Positions 1 to 9,300 of a stretch of DNA of 36,920 bases are shown piece after piece. Numbering within the stretch: the stretch's first letter is position 1; each line of letters begins with the position of its first letter. A program made the translations under genes and the position numbers. The notes below the pieces were generated by a model. That model made no database searches and was not told where the DNA came from. It worked only from the letters and a program-made list of their open reading frames with translations. The stretch comes from Klebsormidium nitens (lineage: Eukaryota; Plantae; Klebsormidiophyceae), in the NCBI GenBank assembly GCA_000708835.1, contig DF237704.1:1-36920 (forward strand), written 5' to 3'.

Positions 1-289
1 AATTTGATTGTTGAGGCAAAACTCTGTACTACTGATCTGTTATATTTTCTACTCCAAACTGTCAATTACTATATTGTATCTTTTCAGGTATGGCCTTACA
101 TAAATACATATTCCCAAAAGGAAACCAAATGGAAAACCCTATACTGCTTATCTGTTATGATTCCTTCCCAGAGAAAGAAGAGAAAATATAACAGATTCTA
201 GTACAAGAGTTCTGGTTCCCCTTGACTTTGGCTGATATGTATGTATGCAAGGTCCCTCGGAAGAAAGATGAGAGTCCGATTTGCCTAAC

Positions 290-902
290 CCGTACCTTTG
301 CTGTACCTTGGTGCTTGCTCCGAAAGTACAAAGCGCTGCTCTGGAAATGAAAAATTGGCCGCCTCAAAATGCCTTTTATATGGACTTGAAGATGGCGCAT
401 TAGAGCAGTCATTGGCCGGCGGTGGCGCGGGCTGAAAAGGTTCTGGCTCGTACTCCTGCAGAAATGTGTTATTCAATGGCAAACGCTGGCAAACAGAAAG
501 AACGAAACATGTTTCTTACCCGTTGGAGAAGGACAGTCAGCCCCGGGCCCCAAGTGTTGCGTCTCGTGGAGCGTAATCACCTGCGGAATGGATTGAAAAG
601 AGCTCAGTGGTAGAGTCAAGCATATGCGTGCCAGTCCCCCAAGGCAGCTAACCGAGATAACACTTTTGCAACATCCTGAGCTTCACGACCTTTCAAGTGG
701 CCATTTGCCACACCTTCGATAAACTGCCTTAACAGATTGTCTTCTTGAATATGTAATTCTTCAAGATCCGCACCGCTCCAAGTGAGTCTACCTTGCTTTA
801 TGAGTGCTTTGATGTGACTCCAGAATGCTGTTGCAGCTGCAAGCAAACTTGGCATCCTGGTATTGCCTAATCTGATGGTTTTAATCTTGTGCGCAATGAC
901 CC
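290..902 (-). CDS. Possible spliced hypothetical-protein fragment
   Basis: ORF 616..987 has a protein-like helical segment (AFWSHIKALIKQGRLTWSGADLEELHIQEDNLLRQFIEGVANG). Several plausible minus-strand donor/acceptor sites lie between ~290 and ~660. I could not build a phase-consistent model or recognise a family. Confidence 0.25.
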
Positions 903-954
903 TACCACCCCACTGAGAAGAAGTAAAGGCAGTAACCCTGGCACCCCCGTCGAA

Positions 955-2080
955 AGGCAATGGAAGTGCCAAAGCATCCCCAAGCAATGCAGCAACCTCA
1001 GCACTTCACAAGAAAGTAGCCACATCAAATATGAGAACAGCACAGCAATCCGCAAGTTATCCCCACAGCACTGCAGCAACCTCAGCACTTCACAGCATTT
1101 AAAAAATGCTAGAACTAACAGGTGCAACCCTAGCATCCTCGGCAGGGATCACTGCCGAGACATTATTTTCAATTGCTACAGCAACCCGCAGCAACCCAAC
1201 CCCCAAGGACTGCAGCAACCTCAGCACGTCACAGGAAAGCAGCATTCATTTTTGTCAGCTGCAACTCTGGCATCCCTGCATTTTAAACTGCTAAAGGAAA
1301 ACGCAGCAACCTAGCCACCACAACAAAGCAGCATTTTTTAAACGCTGCCAGAAGCAACCCTAGCACTTCTGCCTAGAGCAGCATTTTCAAAGTGCTGCGG
1401 CAACCCTAACACCCCATCAAAGTGCTGCCAAAAGAAAACACAGCACCCTCCACCTGCCAGAAGAAACCCTAGGCCCACCAAAAACCACCATTGAAGAAAG
1501 GCACCCTTTACCACCTGCCAGAAGCAACCCTAGCACTCCCGCTAAAAAGCACAATTTCCAAAGCGCTGTCAGAAGCAACCCAGACACCCGCACCAAAGAG
1601 CACCATTTCCAAAGCGCTCTGTCAGGAGCAACCCTAGCACCCCTACTAGAAAGCACCATTTCTAAAGCGCTGTCAGAAGCAACCCTAGCGCGCCACCCAA
1701 AAGCACCATTTCCAAAGCGCTGCCAGAAGCAACCCTACCACCCCTGCCGAGAGCGGCATTTCTGCGACCAAAGAAACAGCATTTTCAGAGCGCTGTCAAC
1801 TACAACCATAGCACCGAGAAGCAACATTCATAAATGCTGTCAGCCCCAACCCTAGCAAAGTAAAGCAGGATCTTCAAAGCTGCAGCAATTCTAGAACCCC
1901 ACAGGGAAGCAGCATTTCCAAAGTGCTGCCAGAAGGAACCCTAGCACTTATTCTAAGAAGCACCATTTTGGTGCTGTAGGTGCTCACTTCCAAAGCGCTC
2001 CAGCACCCCTAGTAGTCCCATAGCATCCCCAATTCAACAAGCAGAGAAGCAGTGTCAAGAACAACACTGCAACCCCTGTG
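955..2080 (+). repeat. Degenerate minisatellite, ~50-53 bp period, core AGAAGCAACCCTAGCAC...AAAGCACCATTTCCAAAGCGCTG(T/C)C
   Basis: Best-preserved units start near 1520, 1571, 1624, 1675 and 1725. More degenerate CAACCCTAG and GCAGCAACCTCAGCAC copies run from ~990 to ~1940. Confidence 0.8.
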
Positions 2081-2538
2081 CTCTCCCCGTGCTGTCTTCC
2101 GACAATGCCGTGCTCCTCTGCTTGCAGCGCCCGCGCTCCCTGCTTTGCAGCGCAGCGCCCCCCTCTTGTGGTTGTGCTGTCCTTCTGTGGCCTCCCCTTC
2201 TTGCTGTGCGCCTGGGCGTTGCTGCTTCTGAAATGGCTGTTTGGAATGGCGCCTTGCCCCAAGTCTCTTCCTTATGTACCCTTTCCAACAATGCCGCACC
2301 TTCCTGCCCCCTTGCAGCAACTGGCAGTCTGGAAAACGACGGCCATGCCCGGGCTGGCAGGGTCTCATATCCCTAAGCCCGGTGGGTGCCATGGTTGGCA
2401 GCGCCATGTTCCTAAGTAGCTAAACTGAGCGGTATGGTGCTCCCTAAGTCCCTCAACCCCCCTGCCATACCACCAAACTTGGACCGGATTCCGGCCTTTT
2501 CGGGGCTCGGTACTTAAGGCCCAAGTCCCTAAGCCAGT

Positions 2539-3034
2539 TTGGAGTTCTCGACTCAATCGCCGGCCTCCGCTTCTGACTGGGGCCTTGCCCCGACGGTCTT
2601 AAGGGCCGCCTTCTCGCTCTTCGGCCAGCCAGTCGTGGACCTTTTCGCTTCCGACACGTGGCACGTAGCGGACCGCTTTGTAACCCCCCGCTATATGCCG
2701 GGCTGCTATGCAGTCGACGCCCTCCGAACCGTACTGGCGGACTCTTCTGGAGAGAGGCGAAACGGCGTGGATCTTCCCGCCTGTGAGAGCATTGCCTAGT
2801 GTGATTCAGTCAATCCGTAATTTCAGAACGGATGCGATTCTGGTAGTTCCTGAGGCAACCACCACTAACTGGTGGCTAGAATTGATGCACCTAGGCAGCG
2901 ACTCTGCAATTAGGGCAGGCCCGCTCGAAATTGAGCGATCTACGGACGCGTGCATCCCGAGCAGGCGGGTGCCCGCGGGAACGGTAAATCCTGCCTTGTA
3001 TAAGCTCCGAGTATTCAAGATAAGCTGGAAGTAG
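2539..3034 (+). pseudogene. DIRS-associated DNA N6-adenine methyltransferase-like domain (C-terminal part of pol), one frameshift
   Basis: Motifs SDWGL, VDLFASD, GCYAVDAL, then AWIFPP, DAILVVP and NWW. Deleting T2732 joins ORF 2539..2799 to ORF 2708..3034 as DALRT-DW-RTLLERGETAWIFPP, the usual DIRS MT pattern. Confidence 0.85.
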
Positions 3035-3384
3035 GGCGTGCAGGTAGCAGCCAGTAAGTGAAGAGTCAATGCACGTGACTGTACAGCTCAGATGTAAGAC
3101 ACAGCGGCAGCCTCCTGACAAGCGGATGTCATAAGCAAACAATCTGTGACAGGATCCGTTTGCTAGGTAATAAGGCGATCGATACAAGTACTAGCCATCA
3201 GAATTGCAATCATTCAATAAGCGCACCGCTGGTGGCCCAAGCATGAGCGAAACATGTGCAAGTAAAGGCCGAAATTCATCCCGGCATCCAGCCAATTGCG
3301 TATGCGTCAGGATAAATTGCTTGTTGAAAATATGACAGTAGAAAACAGGGCCGACGATTCAATCTCCCTGAGTTATAAAAGTCC

Positions 3385-4671
3385 TTACTTGCGCCACACT
3401 TCCTCCACATACAGTCGGAAGGCGGCATAACTTTTCCACCGCCCTAACTCCATTAATTGCTTAACGTTGTAGTTCAGGTTTACAGCCGCATGCTGAACGG
3501 CAGAGCGGCGGAAGCTATGTACAGTTTCTCCCTCAAACAACCCGGCTTCTTTGAGCCGTTTTTGCAACCTTTTTCTCAGAGTATCACTGCTCATTGGCTC
3601 GTTGACAAAGCCGGTCCGGCTCCTGTTCATGGCTCGGAACAAGAACCCATCCCCTCCGACTGAATGCCCTCCGTCCTCCATGCCAAGGAGCAGCGCCTCG
3701 GCTGCCTCCACGAAGGTTAGGCGACTTTGAGAGTCCGGCGCCGCGAGCGGAATCCGCGCGCTTGGCTCCTGCCGGACCGTCTTGCTCCAACCCGGGTAAG
3801 CCGCCTGCTCTTCCAACTCTACTTGCCGCCGCTGCAGCTGCCCGCACTCCTTTCCCCGCGCGAGCGTCTCCCACAGGTATAGCACGGCAGCCTGGTCTGT
3901 CAGCATCACACACCTCTCTAAACCAGGGGAACTATCCTGGATTAGCTGCGCAAGGTGCGCCAGCAGAGCATCCAGCTTCGCTTCTGTAAAGACTTTAGCC
4001 CGTTGCACCTTTACCCCTTGCTCGTGCAACATCTTCTCATAACCGACGCGGAATGATTTCACCACCTCAGCTTTGGCAGGATTGTTTCGCCCTTCGAAGC
4101 CGAGGAGGGAGTAGGACTTTGATAAATCCTTTACCACGTGGGTCACGGCTGACGCTGACGGAATGGGCTTCCCCGTCCTGGGCAGCTTGGTCCTGCAACC
4201 GGCCCTATGATTGGGGGATCAAATCCCCCGTTATGAACGCCCCTACGTCTGCAGCTGTAGCGGTCTCAACCGTTACACCGAATGCATTCCGCGCCAAGAA
4301 ATCTTGGTACTGCTGAAACGTCCGCTTACGGCCGCTGTACTGGCTTCATTAACGCTCTTCTCTGCAATCTTCCCAAAGCTGGCGAGCGCCCCGTCATAAA
4401 ACCGTTGCGTCTGCTCCGCACTCATCTTTCCGCTCGCTCCGCAGGTCCCACCCAAACCCACCCCACGGATTGCTCGCAGCTGTTCCGCGCACCTTCGTTG
4501 GAAGCCCAACCTGCAGACCAAAAACCCACCTGTGATCTCCAATAATTGTCGTTTGGGCAAACGATTGTCTTTTTGGGGCCCGGCGTTTTCGGCACAGCAG
4601 AGGCGCTTTGCAGCCGTCCGGGCGCCCCCCAACACCCGTATCGGAAGGTTGATATTGAATGGAACTGACAA
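3385..4671 (-). pseudogene. DIRS-type tyrosine recombinase; catalytic domain intact, two compensating frameshifts in the N-terminal part
   Basis: ORF 3385..4146 has ARGKECGQL (RxxE), WSKT, HSFRR, GRWKS and RLY (catalytic R-K-H-R-W-Y). The upstream core-binding region reads KSVNEA / YSGRKRTFQQYQDFLARN...DVGAFITGD / IPNHRAGC...SAVTHVVKDL, with shifts near 4340 and in the G-run 4213-4217. Start codon uncertain. Confidence 0.9.
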
Positions 4672-4715
4672 TTCTGACCCTGTGATTGGCCGTCAAAGTG
4701 TTCTGATGATTTTAG
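4640..4715 (+). repeat. 76-bp direct repeat, copy 1 (candidate split-direct-repeat B1)
   Basis: ATCGGAAGGTTGATATTG...GATGATTTTAG matches 5514-5589 with one mismatch (C4703/T5577). Confidence 0.85.
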
Positions 4716-5413
4716 TCATCGGAATGCTCGCGCGTTGAGCGATGAGCAGTCAGCTGACGTGAGTCCGTTAGATTGCACAGGCACTTTGAGCACGGAATGC
4801 GTCATTCCGCATAAGCAGCGCCCGCTTATGGTCGGAACCCTGGCCCCGCGGCCGCCTGACCGCGGAGCAGCGCGCGGCCGCGACTAGCTGACTAGGCCAC
4901 TGAACAAGAAGACGTCTTGCTCAAACTTGAAGAAGACGTTCAGTTTGTTCTCAATAATATCACAGAAGGAAGCGCCTGTGGCGCCTCCAGACTTAGCTCT
5001 ACGCTTCTTTCGAGAAGCTCCGCTTCGACCCTTCCCACCCACCCTGAAATAATTAGGACATTTGCTAACGCCTTACCTGTCTTCTGCCAGTCTGCCACAC
5101 TCTGTCAGCGCAGAATCCATGGCTCCCTGCGCCATCTCTGCCACCACGTACCGACAAGTGAGGCCTAGCATTCACCAATATGGCCATATCGTATGGGATC
5201 GAACCCGTCGCTTCACGCCGCGCCCGCCCAACCCCCCAAACCCTTCATCACCGCGGTCAACGAATCCCGACCGTCCATCTGACCTCCGGAAATGTCGACA
5301 CCATTAAATATCAACCTTCGGTCCGCGGCGACCTACTGCGTAATTTTAACCGCGTCGGTCGCCGCATTTCCTCCGGACGCTCATACGCTTACCTCCGGTG
5401 CCCCTATGCCTGA

Positions 5414-5513
5414 NNNNNNNNNNNNNNNNNNNNNNNNNNNNNNNNNNNNNNNNNNNNNNNNNNNNNNNNNNNNNNNNNNNNNNNNNNNNNNNNNNNNNNN
5501 NNNNNNNNNNNNN
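5414..5513. other. Assembly gap (100 N)
   Basis: Run of exactly 100 N, the usual unknown-size placeholder. Confidence 0.99.
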
Positions 5514-5589
5514 ATCGGAAGGTTGATATTGAATGGAACTGACAATTCTGACCCTGTGATTGGCCGTCAAAGTGTTTTGATGATTTTAG
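5514..5589 (+). repeat. 76-bp direct repeat, copy 2 (candidate terminal B2); left edge hidden by the gap
   Basis: Matches 4640-4715 with one mismatch and starts immediately after the 100-N gap. Confidence 0.85.
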
Positions 5590-5827
5590 GCAACGTGTAG
5601 GAAAGATTTACCCCTAAGTAAAATCGGGTGTTTAGAGGAGAGGGGGGGGCTGGTGGTCATGGTTTCATTTTCGGAGTTCCAGACGCCCCAGCACACATGT
5701 TTTAACGCGGTGCCCCGTACGGCGATGCTTAGCTGACCGCCATAGGACCATAGCTCATCCGTAGCTGTGCGCTTAAGCTGTCATGCGATACGTTAGATTG
5801 CCATGGCATGTTGCAACTAGGCAACCC

Positions 5828-5855
5828 CAGCTAGGCTTGCATGCGAGCCTAGCTG
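5828..5855. repeat. 28-bp near-perfect palindrome CAGCTAGGCTTGCATGCGAGCCTAGCTG
   Basis: Self-complementary except one T/G pair. Confidence 0.85.
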
Positions 5856-6314
5856 ACTGTTGCGGGAGGGTCCCAACCGACTGAGTAGCGCGCAACTGAA
5901 GATCTATCGGATATACCATCATCAGCATGTAGTATGCGTTAACAACACTAGCAATTTGGAAGTAATGAACAGGTCACTATTTTCACGTCCAACCACGACC
6001 ATACATGCGGCACTCTAAGCTATAGCCGCCGAATGCAATCGCTTCTACGCAAAACGTTCTCTATTCTTGGCCGTTCCTTTTTGAGGACTAGGTTTTCACC
6101 ATAGGTGCTCGGTGAAAGGGCACGTGGAAGAAGTCATTGGTAGAGAGTCGATTACTTGGAACGCCCCGGAATACATTAGATCAATCAATTTTCAGTTAAG
6201 GACAACATTGTGCTGGCAGACTTTGATAACCTTGCAGATTAAACAGACCTTCATATAAAAGAGTCCGTTGCTGCAACAGTGCATCCATAGATCAAATACC
6301 TTTTATTGAGTTGG

Positions 6315-9300
6315 TTAATCACTACGTCGGCGCCCTTCGTCTTCCGTAAGGAAAGGCTCTGAATCAGAATAATGATTTGGATTGATGCACTTGACAAGGT
6401 CAACGGGACTTTCGACCTGCAACCAACGAAGGGAATCCGTTGGATCCGGTGCAGTTTTCTCCAAGCTGGCCCGGTCAACTCTTCTCGAATCCTAGTTGTT
6501 TGGGTCAAAGTGCGCGACTACTGTTTCCCTGTAGAACGAAGTTGCAGACCCGCACTGGAGGCCGGTGGCCCCAAGTTGCAAAGAATGCAAACCTGACTAC
6601 AGGGAGCGAGCACACCTGACGAGAAGGGTACGTAAGGCGATTTGGAGCAAAGTAGAGCCGCAACACCCACGGCACCAATCCCATCAACACGCAGAAAACA
6701 GGAGCTTCCCGGGGAATCTGACTCAAGTTCAACCTCTGCCAATCAGAGAACAAATCCAAGTGCATTGCTACAATGCGACAACGACCAGAATAGGAGTCAG
6801 GTTCGGGCGGCCAGGTCTGACGTAAAGTGCAACGTCAGCAAACGCGGAGCGCCCACCTGCAGCAACTCCCGCACGTTGTTTTCCAGGTCGTTGGCTTCCG
6901 CAATGAGCGCGCGCATGCTGAAGACGAGCGCGTTAAAGGAGAGCATGGCCGTGTTGTCCACGATGCGGATGTCCGGGTTGGACAGCTTCGCGGAGATCAG
7001 CCCCGAGATGACGTCCTCGTACCTGGGAAATACACGTGGCGGGGCCGAGTTTTGGTACCAAATACATGGATGAGCAGTAGTTTTTGAGGATTTTGGATTG
7101 CAAACGTGAGGGTAATGGAGCAGACGTCGAGAAGCGCCAGAAGCCGCAGTGAGGAAAGGCCTCGATGCACAGTCTTCGGTCCTTCGTCTGTTCTGTCAAA
7201 GAGTTGAGAAGCCGCTGTGCTTTTTGCCACCGAAGCCTCCGCTTTTCATTCTTTGACACTCAGCTCAAGCTAAGAACAGCATCTTAAATGGCTCTCGTCC
7301 TTTATTCCAGCTCATGCTTCGATTCCATGATCGGGTAAGCGCTACACGCACCCTGATAGCGCAGCTTGAATGCGAAAGCTGGCTGCATGGAGCAGTCAAG
7401 GCTCATTACAAACCCTCTGACGAGCGAAAAACCCCGTCGCTCTGCCGCCTTTTAGCAACTTGCGTTCCAAATGACTTCCATGACCCAGGACGTGTTTGGA
7501 ACGAACTTGCAAAAGCACAGGATGAAGACAGTCCCTGAAACATATCCCCAGGTCAACTCACTGATACCGCTCACCTGTCTTCGAACNNNNNNNNNNNNNN
7601 NNNNNNNNNNNNNNNNNNNNNNNNNNNNNNNNNNNNNNNNNNNNNNNNNNNNNNNNNNNNNNNNNNNNNNNNNNNNNNNNNNNNNNNNNNNNNNNNNNNN
7701 NNNNNNNNNNNNNNNNNNNNNNNNNNNNNNNNNNNNNNNNNNNNNNNNNNNNNNNNNNNNNNNNNNNNNNNNNNNNNNNNNNNNNNNNNNNNNNNNNNNN
7801 NNNNNNNNNNNNNNNNNNNNNNNNNNNNNNNNNNNNNNNNNNNNNNNNNNNNNNNNNNNNNNNNNNNNNNNNNNNNNNNNNNNNNNNNNNNNNNNNNNNN
7901 NNNNNNNNNNNNNNNNNNNNNNNNNNNNNNNNNNNNNNNNNNNNNNNNNNNNNNNNNNNNNNNNNNNNNNNNNNNNNNNNNNNNNNNNNNNNNNNNNNNN
8001 NNNNNNNNNNNNNNNNNNNNNNNNNNNNNNNNNNNNNNNNNNNNNNNNNNNNNNNNNNNNNNNNNNNNNNNNNNNNNNNNNNNNNNNNNNNNNNNNNNNN
8101 NNNNNNNNNNNNNNNNNNNNNNNNNNNNNNNNNNNNNNNNNNNNNNNNNNNNNNNNNNNNNNNNNNNNNNNNNNNNNNNNNNNNNNNNNNNNNNNNNNNN
8201 NNNNNNNNNNNNNNNNNNNNNNNNNNNNNNNNNNNNNNNNNNNNNNNNNNNNNNNNNNNNNNNNNNNNNNNNNNNNNNNNNNNNNNNNNNNNNNNNNNNN
8301 NNNNNNNNNNNNNNNNNNNNNNNNNNNNNNNNNNNNNNNNNNNNNNNCACCTGTCTTCGAACTCCTGAAAGACGTGCCGGATGTTGACCGCCCCCGCCTC
8401 GCCCAGGCGTCCCGCCGCGTCAGTCCCTTGCACGGGGTGCTGGAACACCTCCTTGTCAACCGGCTTGTCCCCCCCTCCCCAATGAAGGTGCAAGTTGCCG
8501 TGCTTATGCCGCTTCTTTTTCGTGCCCCCCTCCCCTGCTTCCGCTGTGCCTTCGCCTGACGCTTCCTGCGACTCGATATCTAAGGCTGCCTCCTTGTCCG
8601 CTGACCCTTCAGGCTCCTTCTGTACGCTATCCACGCTAGGAGGCCCCAAGCGGCCCTCTCCCCCTACGTCTTCCGTTGGATGGACTCGATCCTGCGGCCC
8701 TCGTTGATTCGCGCCAGCTTGCGCTTCAGAGTGGATCTTCGCACTAGATGGTGGTTCAGAATCCAGATTGCCGTCCGTTCCGTTGACGGCCGCCGCTGCG
8801 GCCGTCAACTCGGTTTCCGAAGAGGGTTGCTTGGTTTGCGTGGGGTTTGCGACTTTTCCGACGGCCCTGGCGGGCGCTCTGAGGTCGATGATCAGACTGT
8901 CGAGGGTGAGAAGGACTTCAGCTTCGAGGGATCGGAGCGGGCCCCTGCGTCAAGGATGGGTTTTGAGACGTCAGATGCAAGGTTTTGGAGCTCTCGAAAA
9001 CCTGCTGAAATCCACAACTTTCGACTTATTTGTAAATATTGCCGGATAGGCGAGCAGTACATGGACGACCTCCGACGTTCCCGGAGATTGTTTGGTTGGA
9101 TAAGCGCATATTGCTCAAGAAGCACCAAGTCCCTGCGGCACTTGTGAGCAGTAGGAAATGTAGATCCATTCAGGAAGCACCAAGCAACGCTAATGCAGGA
9201 AATGTCGACTCATTAAGATCCTCTTTCCAAGTTTCCGCGGAAAAGATGCCTGGTCCTCGACAGGCTTCCATTGTTGAGGTTCGAATTGTTTCATTCTAGG

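Larger units (their letters stand above)
2540..5589. mobile_element. 5'-truncated DIRS-order (PAT/kangaroo-like) tyrosine-recombinase retrotransposon
   Basis: DIRS-type methyltransferase domain on + converges on a tyrosine recombinase on -. A 76-bp direct repeat sits at the right end. No RT/RNase H is visible in the window, and the element spans a 100-N gap. Confidence 0.85.

Noticed and set aside
1340-1760. CRISPR-like repeat/spacer pattern
   Set aside because: The variable parts are only ~8-12 nt, the repeats are degenerate, the context is eukaryotic and there are no cas genes. It is a minisatellite.
2216-2240. Possible inverted copy of the minisatellite motif (foldback-like structure)
   Set aside because: The match to the + strand units is too short and degenerate to support.
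2539-4146. Prophage integrase plus Dam methylase, or a restriction-modification system
   Set aside because: The MT motif pattern (SDW, DLFAS, W.FPP, LVVP..WW) and YR style fit DIRS retrotransposons. There are no phage or endonuclease genes, and the flanks are spliced eukaryotic genes.
7452-8559. Long ORFs 7452..8459, 7471..8559 and 7571..8350
   Set aside because: Their length comes from translating through N. Only the 8944-8351 minus-strand frame is a real exon.
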